64,000 nt of DNA, taken from assembly GCA_010015585.1 (NCBI GenBank), contig ML975150.1. The stretch is one strand, 5' to 3'. A program made the position numbers and the translations under genes. This DNA comes from Eremomyces bilateralis CBS 781.70 (lineage: Eukaryota). The first letter of the stretch is position 1. Each line of letters starts with the position of its first letter. Shown here piece after piece: positions 25,426-38,000 of the stretch. The notes below the pieces were generated by a model. It saw nothing but the letters and a program-made list of their open reading frames with translations. It did not search any database and was not told the origin of the DNA.

Positions 25426-25775
25426 GGTTTGATGAATCATCATAGTGAGCTACGGAATGCTATCGTGGATGGTGCTACCACACTATCGCCATTTTTGAAA
25501 ATACCCTTCGGAAGGGAGAGTGAAAATGGGAGCGAGGATGTGCGAGATATCCTTCAACCCAGGGGAAAAAGAAAAGAAAGGGAAAAGAAGTGCGGTGGTT
25601 TGATGAATCATCATAGTAAGCTATGGAGTGCTATCATGGATCATGGATGGCGTTACCACACCATCGCCAGTTTCTGAAAATACACTGGAGAGGAGAGAGA
25701 AAACGGGAGTGAGGATGTGCGAGACATCCTTCAACCCAGGAAAGAAAAGAAAGGAAAAGAAAAGGCTCCGCGGTG
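25426..25775. repeat. Diverged tandem duplication, ~171-bp period (copies start 25426 and 25597)
   Basis: Both copies begin GGTTTGATGAATCATCATAGT and share GAGGATGTGCGAGAyATCCTTCAACCCAGG and a purine tail. Confidence 0.92.
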
Positions 25776-26007
25776 ATAATGGCTATCCGTGGATTGACGA
25801 TATAATCGCGCGATGAAAGCTCGCCCCTGGAAATCCCGAGTTCAGCCGATAGGCGGAAACCGATCGATTTAAGAATAGAAGAGTAGAGAAAAGAAGACCC
25901 GTTTGCAGCTCCGCTGGCACCTACCATAGCGCCATATGAAGATCCCATTGTAACCCACCAGCATTGCACGCCGCTCATAACGCTCGTATCATCCGTTGAA
26001 ACATCCA

Positions 26008-28139
26008 CTAATCGTCGCGGACCGCGCGGAGGATGGGGTAGAGGTTCTCCGCATCCTGCTCGTCTTCCTTGGATTCGTCCAGCTTGGGAATATGATAGGG
26101 ATATTCGCTGACGGAGTGCTCGTCGTTCAGAGAAGCGATGCCCCCCGCCTCGTACTCCTCGTGCTCGAGCTTGTACTTGATGATCTTTCGGAGCTCTTCG
26201 ATGTAGCGGACGTTGTCGACCCAGCGATGCTCGGTATCGTCGGACCCGTCGGATCGTTCGGCAGGGCTGCTGAGCGAGGGGTCGATGTTGTTGGTGAGCG
26301 ACGGGGAAACGAGGCGAAGGCGGTTAACGTCGCGAGGGAGGTCACTGGAGACAGAGGCGGTCTTGGACGAGCCACGAGGGGTGGGCGCATCATCACTGTC
26401 CATCTTGACATCGTGGAAAGGGGTGGCAGCTTTCTGCAGGATTCCTCCGGAGAAGCGTCGGCGACCATCAGGGTCGAAGGAGGTAGCCAGAGACGAGGAC
26501 GGCGCGGAGGACGTGTATGAACCACCCATCTCCGACATACCCGTGACAGGGGGGAGGGGCGGGTAGCCATGCGGGCCGGCACTGGTGCGAGCGACAGGGG
26601 ATTGAGTCGAGGCATACGACATGACACTGGACGCGGGGGTAAGCGCCGGAGTCTCCGTGGATACGCTGGAGGCGAGCGGAGCGAGAGTGGAGCCATGAGT
26701 GGCCGCCGCAGCCGCCGCCGCAGCTCCAGCAGCTAGGTTCGGAGGCGAATTGCTACTGCGGTAGCCAACACCAGTGTGAACGTAGTGGGCCCCGGGTTGA
26801 GCGACGCCGGCAGCAGCAGCATGGCTGGGATTGTCGGAATACACGGTGTTCTGAAGTTGTTCGAGGAAACGATCAATATCCGACAGATCGGTCTTCCGGA
26901 GTCCGGGCAACGGGAGCATATGAGGAGGTTGGGCATATGCAGCGGTCGCAACACCGCCGCCATGATAATCGCCGCCGGCGCCGCCATGGAAGCTCTGCAT
27001 CAGCGGAAGCGCGACTCCGGCGTTCATTAGACGCTGGCCGACATCATAGTAGGTAGATGGGTCGATCTTGCGGTTCTGAACGTCCCCAAAGAACTCCTTG
27101 AGGGCGTCAAACGTGGCCTTCTTCCTGACGTGGTAGTCGCTCTCCATCTGGTTTGACTGCGGATGAACTGGATAGTACACAGCCCCGGCAGGATAGCCTT
27201 GAGACGCAGCATGATACGCAGACGCCGGTCCACCAGAGTAAGGGTAGCCACCAGCTGCGGCATAGTCTCCATGGTAGCCATTCGCTGTAGTAGCGATCGC
27301 TCGCAAGTCAGTAAAGTCTGTCACAATGTCAGGGAATGAAGAAAAATCGAGCCAGAAATCAAGCAGCATGACTAATGATAAGGTGGGGGACAGTCTGTTC
27401 TTCGAGAAGCGGATGCAGCAACTCGCAATCCACTTCCGTTGAAGGCAGTCAAAGGCATGGAATGGAAGGACTGAACGTACGCTTGGAGTTGGAGCCGTAT
27501 CCTCCAGGCTGGCCATGCCCTCCACGGTTCGAGGCAGGAGGAGAATTATGGAGCACGGAATCATCAGCATGAGTCTTCACATGCTTTTTCAAGTCCTGCG
27601 GCCGCTTGAAGGCCTTGCCACAGAAGTCACATTTGTGAGGCTTAAGGGGTACGTGAACCCTAATGTGAGACGTGATATGGTCTCGCTTGACGGTAGTCGT
27701 CTTGCAGGTACCCCATTGGCACGTCAGATTCAGGTTGTTGGTGGACTTGCGACCAACATGCCGTTCACACACGTGATCCTGGAAGAACACAGTCAGTCAA
27801 CCGCCCATAAAGCATCGCAGACAGTCGCGATCATAAGGAGGGAATGTGGAAAAATGCAACAATCATGCTGAACAGAAAGATGGCGATGAGACTTACATAG
27901 AGTTGTTCCGCAGTTGAGCATCTTTCCCCACAACCCACCCACTGGCAGATGAGCGAGTCGTTGCCCACATTGGATTGTGCGACCGAGGGTTGAGAAGTAG
28001 AGGCCGAAGCCTCGCCGGTCTGCTGAGCAGGCGCCGACGTAGGATGTGAGCTATGCGAAATAGGAGTTTGCTGAGGCACCTGAGCGGCACCGGACGTATT
28101 CGCAGACGAAGCGTCTGCCGATGTTGGTGGAGCAGACAT
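26008..28139 (-). CDS. pacC: pH-response C2H2 transcription factor PacC/Rim101, ~605-616 aa; exons 28139-27897, 27778-27481, 27317 (or 27284)-26008
   Basis: Three zinc fingers ([73 protein letters not shown]), two PalA-binding YPxL motifs (YPPL, YPIL), signalling-protease box [25 protein letters not shown]. Confidence 0.97.
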
Positions 28140-28183
28140 GATGGGGTCTTGACTGAGAGGAAAGTCTTGGTGTCAGTCGAGAT

Positions 28184-29780
28184 GCCAAGTCGTCCAGCCA
28201 AGAACGGGCGGAAGTGATGGGCAACAACGAATTTCCGCGAGAAAATTATTGGTGAGCAACGAGATAGGGGTTAGAATGGATCTGGGAGTTTGTATGATGC
28301 TCCAACTCAAAGAGAGCGAGGAGAATCGCGAGGATGGATTCTTGTTGCTCGTTGAGTGAGTGAGGGAGAAGCGCGACGGAGGTGGAAAATCTGGGCAGGC
28401 GAAGCGGGCGGGGTTCCTCGTCTTCATAAGAAGGCGGAGCACGGGATTCTGGGCAAAAGCCAGTTCGGCGCCTTGTCGCCTTACATCATATTCTCGATGT
28501 GATTGATCAGGAATGGCAGGGGTGACCGAAGGTGCGTCCAAGGCGTCCGTGCAACCAGCCCCCAATGCCCCAATGAATCTTCTGCCGATCAGATTCCCAA
28601 CCACTAAATTGCCTTAATCAGAGGAGTCATTCTCTTGGAACAGGGCAAGCTTGAATGATCAAGCATGGACGGAATCGCCTATCATAGGCTGGATCTATAC
28701 TCGCGTCTAGCCCTGGTCGGTGTCGTATTCTGCAAGTGGACGAGTGGAATCCCCAAGATGTTGCCAAGGCTCTCCTTCTCCCGTTGCCCGAAAGGCTGAC
28801 TCGCACTCGCACGATCAGGTTTCCGGCTGGGCTTTTGCGTTTTGGAGCCGTGTCGCAGAGAAAGCATTGGTACTCTGACCTCTGGCTTTCTGGGGCTTTT
28901 CATACCGAGTCCGGAATACTGTTCCCCTTCTCCATCCACGCCCTGCAGAAGGGTCTTCGGCTGCAGATGGTCCATGGGGAAGCGATGGGATCGATCGCAT
29001 GGTGGACAGCCCGTGATATGATCCGATGATTTCCACGTCCAAATTCCTAGATATTGCATCCCCCTCATTTCTCGAATCGGTTCATTTGTCGTGGACAATG
29101 GGAGTGTCGATGGCAATAAAACCGAAATGGACGACCCTTGGTGGGTCCCAATCTTCCTCGGGGCTCGGACTTGGCCCAATTCCGCCGCCTTGGCACAAGG
29201 GAATCGACGCCCAGTGTCTCCGGATCAACCGGAGAGTCTTGTCGTGGAGCCCTGGCTTGGTTCTCCGTTCCTTCGAGCATCCACTGTTGCCGCCATGCAT
29301 TCGTAATGCTTCAGCGTTTTGTCGGATGTTGCATGGTGGGCTTGCACAGCCTTGTCCGGGCTCTGTCAGCGGCATTTCTCATCATGTCAGGACGGATGGG
29401 GCTGCCGTCCTCGAGTGGAGTGATGCAACCGATGGACTTGGCTCTTCCCGAGTTGCTTGATCTCGTTTTTCTCAAGGGTTTTGTCAGACCTTGACTGATT
29501 TATTTCCCGACGTGATCTTGAACGTTTGGAGATATGGAGTCTTGGACTTAACTGAAAGGCTTGGCGTGGATATCCAGATATGAGATGGTACTCTCTCTTT
29601 GGTACTCTCTCTTTCCTGGACTGCTCGCAGATGACCCGGGCCATTTCTCCTACACTCTTACATATAACGGTTCTCTTTGGCTGTTAGGTCGATGGTGTGG
29701 TCCCTATGCACTGGGCACTGGGCTGCCAGTCTGAACCGGAAACTCCCTTCATCAAGGGAAATCAGTTAGACTCTGCCAAG
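28184..29780. promoter_or_regulatory. Cluster of nine PacC consensus sites (GCCARG) upstream of pacC
   Basis: GCCAAG at 28184, 28197, 28763, 29775; CTTGGC at 29170, 29189, 29437, 29560; CCTGGC at 29251. Confidence 0.75.
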
Positions 29781-30028
29781 TGTGTATCGCGTGCTTAACT
29801 CTATAATGATGTCAGGCCTCTATTCATGCCAGTGCCTTTACTCAACTCTTTCAAACCAAGTCTGTGCCTTTCTCTCCGGCAACTACTTCATGTTACTTCC
29901 CCCAAGGCCGACGGCTATGGGGGTCAGTCGTTAGCCTTGTCCGACCCTGTTCGAAGGTATCTCGCATGAGCATAGTCGTTTGCTCAAGTCGTTATCGCTT
30001 GAGTAGCAAACTGCTTGGTCAGACCCTT

Positions 30029-30179
30029 TTATCTTTCAATATTACTGTGCGTCTGTCAGCAGGTCTTTATGCACCATGTTTCAGATCCCATTCATCACTT
30101 ACCTTGCTAATGGCTTCTCTTTTCTTCTTCTGGGAAGTTTACATGCGCCGCAGGAAATGCCCACAGTTGTTGGGACCAT
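30029..30179 (-). CDS. Putative spliced micro-ORF, 30 aa (MVPTTVGISCGACKLPRRRKEKPLA|SNIER); exons 30179-30103, 30044-30029
   Basis: TATA-like TATATC at 30260-30255, C/A-rich leader, strong context AATC ATG G, consensus 58-nt intron AG|GTAAGT..GCTGAC..CAG. Not in the ORF track. Confidence 0.5.
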
Positions 30180-33100
30180 GATTTGTTAATTTCAGAGCAG
30201 CAGTGTTGGGAGAGATGTTGTTGGTGGTGTTGTGTGAGATGGGTGGGAGAAGTCGATATAGGCCCGAGCGTTGTCCGCTTCGGGTCGACTTACCACGTGA
30301 GTCTTCCCAAGCATTGATCAATGACACATTAGGGCAGGGAGAGGTTGTCAGGCAAACAAGTCCGAGTGGTGTCCGTTGTGGTGGAGCAGATTTACAACGA
30401 TTCAGTATGACCTCTTTTCGCGCCCTGCAACCGTGGGCGGACCGTTGTTCGAGTCGCCACTGTACTAATAATTTTTGATATGGTATGTCAAACGTCTCTA
30501 GGGGGTACAGACTACGGGAAATACCCCTGGCTTGAAGAATTATAGGCCATCCTATTCAGATATGTATCTTTACGCTGTCGGACTCAGATGGTATGTCTGG
30601 TCACTGATGAGAAAGCATCCAAGTTTATCCCTTCTCGGGCAGTGGATTAGTAACAGGAGTCAAGTTGGATCTACAGGCTGACCAGGAGTTCAGCGATATG
30701 CCCTCTGGATGGTTATCTCAATCGAATAGACTGAGATGGATTGTTCCCCACGAAGTTCGGGCCTGGACTGACTGTCCATGGCTTGATGTTCACGAACCTT
30801 TGGAGGCGAGGCTTGAAAGCACTCAACTTTCCATGTTTTAACTATTTAGCATTGTTTGCTCTAGAGAACAAGGAGATGGCGGTGGTTTGGCAGAGGTTCG
30901 GCACCAACGATATGTGGGATTTCGTTAGGGAGGGCAGGGAGATCCGTATCTCGGTGGTAGTAATCTGCGCATGTCTCATCGCTGAGTATCTCGCATATTA
31001 CGGTTGGCCTTGAAATCGGGCAATTCATGGCAAGATGGCTTCAGTTAACTTTGTCTTGTTGCAATACTACTTGCACTCAAAACGGATACCTGCCACATAA
31101 GGTCTCGAGGGCATCAACTCCACTCCACTGTCTTCTGGCTCAAGATCATTGGATAGACAACTGATTCCTCACATTGACAGGCTACGCACCCCCTCTACGT
31201 AATCCAGTGAAAATCTGGTGTCCACAGTTCGGGGGATCCTTCTCGATTCACACGGTTGGGGGACTGCGGTGGTGCTTGTTCAGATATATGGATACTGTAT
31301 AACTTTCTGGAGTTTCTCTCAAGAAGGGAATTTGCAGGGCGATAGCTTGTCTATAGATGCCTTACACATAACCTACAACTTAGAGGATTCTAACGTACAG
31401 AACCTCTACCTATCGAGTCCAAGTATCCTGGCTGGAGTCTGCCTCACGATCCCCTAAATTTCGCCAGTCCAGTGCACATTAGTATATTTTTGGGACCACG
31501 AATTCCCGTACTCGACCGCAACACTGCGATGAATTCGTTTTACCCCAACGCCATCATTTCAGTCCAAACCCACTCCTAAAAACAAATTGCATCCCATTGT
31601 CGACTCCTGTGTTTCTCCGCTCAACAGGGATGGAGCACAAGGATCGAAGAAAACGAATGAACATAGGACGTCTTTTGTCTGCACGCCGCAAGGACCGGTC
31701 TCACGACAGCGAAACACACGTTACGCAATCCAACCTCTCGGAAATGGTTGCCGATCTCCTCCTAAAAACCGTCCAGCGGAGATTATCACCGTCTCCTGCC
31801 CTCAACCGATTCTTATCATCTTGATTTTTTCCCACTCATTTCCCCTCCCTTCCCTCAACAGTCGAGTCCGAAACAAAGCATGACCTGCGTCCATTTCCCT
31901 TGTGGCACATAGGCGTCGACTAGAGATGCCCCCTCGTCGGCCGATCGACCAATCGACGGCGGCGCGCCTCGAGCGCCCTGCGCGACACCCGGGCCGAATC
32001 GAGAGGCTAACGCCCAACAGGCAGCCGGCGAGGCCGGGGATTGGGCGGGATTCCGGGCGAGATTCGATTGGCTGGCTTGGGGCTGGGGAGGAAATGAGGA
32101 GATGGACCGCGAGGTTCTGTGCCACTGCGGCGCAGCTGAATAGGACGGGACGGGACGATTTAATTGCAATGTTGGATGAGTTCTGCTATTTTGATTTTTA
32201 AGAGACGGCTCTTAGGCAACACTAGCCCGCGTTGATGACCTGTGGAGTGTGGAGGTGGGAGATTCTGGACCCTGGGGTATTGGCGAGGTGGGGGAGGATT
32301 GTTGGTTACGAAACAGGTCAGTCATTTGGTGGACCGCGGATCGTCCAGCCAAATACCGAGCAATGCCAGATGAAGATCGTGGCGACCGCCATGGCGATGC
32401 TTGTACCTTTCTTCTTCAGGTGGCGCATTGGAGGGGATGAGCTACTCCATATTGATATGCGATATGCCGTCGAGATTCCTCGCCTCGACTATTAAAGGGG
32501 ATAATTACATAGTATCCTGAAACTCTGAGAGGGTGTGAATGGTGATGGAAAGAAAGCGCTTCCTGACTCCCGCGAGCGCTGTTCCCATCGAGTCAAAGTC
32601 CGCGCATGCTGGCATTCCCTGTGATACAGGACAGCGGGAGGGTGTGGGCGGCCCAATCCCGACGAGTCAGAAGACGCCCACGTAGAATATTATCACAAGG
32701 GTTCCATTGCTATCAACATGGAGATCATGAACGTTGACCCCTTACCTAGAGATAGAAAAGGCCCTACCTACCGGGTGAAACAAAGATAGAAACGAGGCTT
32801 TCCATCCATAGCGTTTACCAGCGAGTTTGACCTTAGTCCCTGGAGTTTTGAGACGTTCCCAAAAGGTGCAGTGTTTTGGAGTTTGGACATGGTTTCATCG
32901 CATAGCGTAGAAACCGGGGCAACCCCCCAGTCGCGGGTCTGACGCCGCTTGGACACCGGGCCTGAACTGCCGGAGCGCCTCTCTAGTCTCCATAATACCC
33001 ACGAGAATTGATGAAGGTTGAAATGAGAGAGAAATAATAGTTTCGAGAGGTAAATAATGTCGGGCGACGAAGGGACCAAAATAGCTAGAGAACGTAGGCG

Positions 33101-33545
33101 GAAACATAGTGGCTTCGCGGTATGAGCGAGGGAGGACCTGGCCGAGGACGAACAGCCGTCTGAACTGGAAGCGCCGTCGTTTTGCGGCGACTCTGACAGA
33201 AGTTCATGTATGTCATACGGCGAAAATGAGGATGGAGACAAATCTAAAGACTAAAGTCAAAAGATGAGAGACGGAGGAAATGGAGCAGGAGCCACTTCGC
33301 TAGGACTTCGCTAGGAAATTGTCCACGTCTAGGCAGAATCCAATAGACTTAGTACAGTATGCCTTGAGTGCAATATTCCGTAGTTGATAGCCTGATATGA
33401 GGATGAACGTAAATTCGAAGCAAGCCACAAGACGGGGCAAGAAAAGGCAACGTTAACTTCAGAAGCGGTCAAGTCTGATGAGTTGTCCATGCCCACCATG
33501 TTCATCAATCATTTCGCTACTTTCAATCATTTTGCTATTTTCTAT

Positions 33546-33593
33546 TTTCCAATTTTCAATTTTCAGTTCTCAATTCTCAATTCTCAATTCTCA
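33546..33593. repeat. Heptamer microsatellite (TTCTCAA)n with degenerate upstream copies
   Basis: ttttcaattttcagttctcaattctcaattctcaattctca. Confidence 0.85.
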
Positions 33594-35020
33594 TGATCAC
33601 CATCGAGTATCGTTGCAACTTGCAAGGGAGAGACTAGTTACCGAACCAGGTTCCTTGAACCAAGGCGACGAAGGGCTGAAGCGGGTACCAGAAAGAGGAA
33701 AAAAGGCGCGACGGCGCCGGCGCCCATGTTGCCCATCAATCCGCTTGCCCATCCGCCATTCTCATCGCCCACTACCTTCTCTCCCACCACCCTCTCCCAC
33801 CATGGCACGTCCACTGCGCACTTGATACATCATACACTCCAATCCCTTGCTCTATCCACAATCTCCTCCTGTCCATCGTGATTCCATCCATAGATCCCTT
33901 AAACTCGCGTTCTTTTTACTGGTACGGACTGCTTCGTAGGCACCTGGTTCACTGTCTCTCCTTCTCACCACTCATACCTCTCGTCATTCACCTATATCAT
34001 GCGCCTACAGCTACAAATCCAAGGACTTCAATTTCGTACTCCGTAGGCTGTATCCAACCCCATCCTCTCCGAACCTTGCACGACCTGCCTAGCACCCAAC
34101 TTACCCTGTCCTTACCTAGCCAACTATCACACCCCCCTAACACTTTTCTCCTCTCCCCAACCTTTCCTACATCTCCCATTTCTTTCTTCATCCTCCTCTC
34201 CGCTCGTTACGCCATATACCTTCTTCCCCAGGACCCGGTCAGCCAAAAGGACGACATCCATATTGTCGCCATCATACTCCGTCCGCCGCCTTGGAGCGTA
34301 CGGGGACAATCCACGAGCCGGGCAGCGGAGCTTTGTTTGCGACACTGACCTTTCATGCACCCAGCCCGCCAGCTGCAACGCCAAAGCAAAGTTCCTCCAC
34401 ACCCCCGACCTGATCGCCCTGTCTTATCGGACCCTTTCAACCTTGAAATCCGCACCACACGACATCACCGCAAACCTCCTCTGTATCCTCATCGCTTTCC
34501 TTCCGCCGCCCTCGACCAACTCATCGTGAATCTTGAGCTGGTTCACGCAAAAGGGAATCGCCGTTCCCTAGGGGTTCCTGGATGGTACGCGACCCATAAC
34601 TTGCCCGGGAAAGCCTCCTGCTGGTCGCCATCCCGCAGTTCGACCTACATCGATATCGAAATCAACCTACCTGGACTTATTGTTGCATTCCACGCTTCGA
34701 ACGGACTACCATCGCTTAGATCCCTTTTTGGACTTTTTGGACAACAGGTCCTTCACCATTTTACCTTCCATCGGTCCGCGCTTAGAAGAGGTTCGACGTT
34801 GGATATCCCAGCCGCCTGAGAACCGTACGGCTGAGCCACGATTATTCACCTTTGCCTTGCCGTGCACCACTTTAACATAGCCGGAGGCCGTCGATTCCGC
34901 GCATCTGCATACATCAGAACTTCCCTTCGAGACCACTTCGACGATTTTCGCACGATATCCTCGGGCCATAGGAAGCCACCACACGTCTGCGACCTCACTT
35001 GTTGAGGTTCGCAGTCCACC

Positions 35021-38000
35021 ATGAACGCAATGAACACGGGCATCAAGGGCCATCTCCTCGCCCATTATCAGCGACAACAATCTACACAACCGGTGGGAAC
35101 ATGGCAGCAACAGTTGCCAGTGGCGGAACGAGTTGGGCGGGCGTCGGAACTGTGAGTAGCGGGATCACCCTGCGTGGCATGGGTGGAAACGCGACGAAAC
35201 TAACCTTGCGCAGATATACATCACTAAAGTTGGCGAAGAACCCGCAAAATGCACAGCAGGAGATGCAAGTCATGCAACATGCGGTCGGCATAGAATCACA
35301 ATTTTGCCAGAAGTCGCCAGATAAGGTGAATAACCCCGATGACTCTATTCATGCTTTCCTCCATTCATATCCTCCATTCATATCCGCCTCTATTGACATA
35401 TCACCCTATTCATATCTGCCTCTATTGATATCACTCTATTCACTTCCTACTCTATATATGCTCCTGGGCCAACACTCAATATCACTTTCGCTCTCTCTGT
35501 GCGCCGGAGCTGACACTTGATAATAGCAAACATATATCGCAGAACTCACTCGACGCTTAACTATGCTCGCACAAGAACGAGCTCGAAACACACCCGCCCT
35601 TACAAATCCACAAAATCCCATGGCCAATATGCAACGACCCATGATGGGAACCCCGATGCAGCAGACCATGTCAAACCCAGGCGCGAACCCAGTTCAAAAT
35701 CAAGGACCGCCTCCTTTCCAACCACAGCTCCAACGACCCATGCAAGCCTCACCTATCCCTCCGAATCCCGTTTCCAACCCGACCGGCATGACCGGCATGC
35801 CGGAAGATTCGGGCTTGACCGCACCGGCCATGCAACAACAGGGCTCGCAAGCCCCCAACCAACCCCGACAGACTCCAGGTGGTCCGCAGGCGGGCGGTCA
35901 ACAGATGATGCAGAATCCACAAATTCGGCTGACACAGGAGGACGTGCCGAAAATCCAACTCCTAGCCCAACGGCTCTTTCAGCAAAGCAATCCGCAATTC
36001 CACCAGAGAATACGAGAGGAAGCGGGTCGGTTACCGCCGGATAAGCTGGCGCAACTGCAGCAAAGTGGGCAGGACCCCGTGATACTCCATTTCCGAAAAC
36101 AAGCGCAGCGCATAGTGTTGCAGCAGAAACAACAGCAGAGTGCATTGGGTCAGGGCAACAATCCGCCCGGCGCCACAGCTGGCGGCATCCCTCCGAACAT
36201 GTCCAATCAACGTTCATTCCAAGGCATGAATCCCCAAGATGCACAGGGAGGCATGTCCGGACAGCAAGAGTTTGACTTCTCTCAAATCGCTGGACAGCAA
36301 GCCGACGCTCTGCGATCGCAAGATGCCGGCCAACTGGTCGTTCCTGCGAGCAACAACATGAACCCGCAACATCAGCTCGGGCAGTTCATGGGAATGCAGA
36401 ATCAAATGCGTCAACCAGGAATGGGCGGGCCGGGACAGGTGCCGAACGATCTTGCGCAACAGCAAGCCATGATGAACATGCAGCAGAACCAACCCGAACA
36501 TATTCGACAGCAAAACGCGGCAAAGATAGCTCAGGCACAAGCACAGGCCCAAGCCCACGCACAAGCACGCTTGAAGATGGCACAGAATCAAGGGCAGATG
36601 CAACAGCAATTACGAGGCCAATCGAACGGATTGAATGCGCAGACCCCGCAACAGAACTCCGATATCTCCCTCCTGACGCAACCGATGGATACCCCCGGTC
36701 AACAGAGCGTCGCGTCTCATCGACCGCAATCCGCGATTCCGCCAGTCAACGCCTTCCACCCTGGCATGGATCCCCGAGCCGCACAAGCGATCCTTCAAGC
36801 CCAACAACGAGCCGCTTCGGCGCAAGGAGTACCGAACGGCCAGGGAGCCGTACCCCGTCAACTTCCCCCCTGGCTCTCGCGAGCCGGCCTCTCACAAGCC
36901 CAACTGGAGAACCTCGCCCACTTGCCACCGCCCGCATACAACCAAGCTTTGCAAGTGATCCAAGATCGTGTCCGGCATCTCGCCCGACCCGGCGCCAATA
37001 TGCTCGGCAACCAGGTCCCCGCCAACCAGAACGTCCTGCAGATGGGCCAACTCGGTGACCAGTTCATGGGCCCGCAACCGCAGCCGCCAGCTCAACCACC
37101 GCATACCAATCAAGGCATGCCAAACATGATGGGGCAGCCGCAACAACAGGGGCGACCCCCGAGTCCGAAGGTGTTTGATCAGCAAAACTTCCCGCCGCAA
37201 GGAATGCAAGGACCGCAAGGACCGCCTAACCAGCAGCAGGTCCGGCAGAATCTGCCTCCCGTCAACCCGGAAATGTTGCGGCAGTCGGATGGGTGGGAAT
37301 TCCCGCAGCAATTGGTGGCGCAGGCCCAGCTTGTTGGCGTTATACCGGAGAATGTGAAAACATGGGGACAGCTGAAGGAGTGGGTTGCGCGAAATCCACA
37401 GGCGGCTACCCAGGTCAACCCGGAGTATCTGTTGCGGATACAGACGATCCAGGTTGCGAGACGTCAAGTCAGTCTGCAGCAACAACGACAAGCGATGATG
37501 AACCAGCGCAATGTCCAGGGGCCCAATCAAATGCAATCGCTGGGAATGGGACAACCGCAAATGCAGGGAATGAATCCACAGGCCGCTCAAGCGGCGCTCC
37601 AGGCTCAACAACGAGCAGCGTCGGCAAACGTGCAGCAGATGGGGATGGGGGGACACATGCAACGGCCGATGGGCCCGAACCAAATCCCCCCGAATCTCCC
37701 CCCGGTCACCCCACAGGAGATTCAGCAATTCCGACAGCGCTTCTCTCATGCCCAAAACGTCTCCGATGATATGATTCGGAAGCGTATCCTTGGTGCCCGG
37801 ATCCAGAACTATCGGGAACAACAGCTCCAGAATGCGGTGCTCCGACAGCAAGGCCAACCGGGCGCTCATGGACCTGGAGGCATTGGTCCGCAGGCTCAAG
37901 GGATACCCCAGCAACCTGCACAACTCAATAAAGCGCAAGGGGGACAGGTTCCGACGCCAGCACAACCGCCAAAACAGGGACAGAAACCATCGCCGGCGCA

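Noticed and set aside
25426..25775. CRISPR array or LTR pair
   Set aside because: Only two adjacent diverged units, no spacers, no TG..CA termini or internal retroelement sequence; eukaryotic context.
27318..27570. N-terminus MLMIPCSII.. of the 520-aa ORF as a separate gene
   Set aside because: It is pacC exon 2 in another frame plus intron 2; the remainder is pacC exon 3.
28140..28200. Non-AUG N-terminal extension of PacC
   Set aside because: An in-frame TGA lies about 12 codons upstream of the ATG.
30045..30102. Box C/D snoRNA (GTGATGA..CTGA) in the micro-ORF intron
   Set aside because: Box C overlaps the splice donor and the last CTGA is the branch site; 58 nt is too short to host a snoRNA.
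32768..33241. 157-aa ORF in the pacC-MED15 intergenic region
   Set aside because: Non-ATG start, no domain, composition typical of non-coding DNA.
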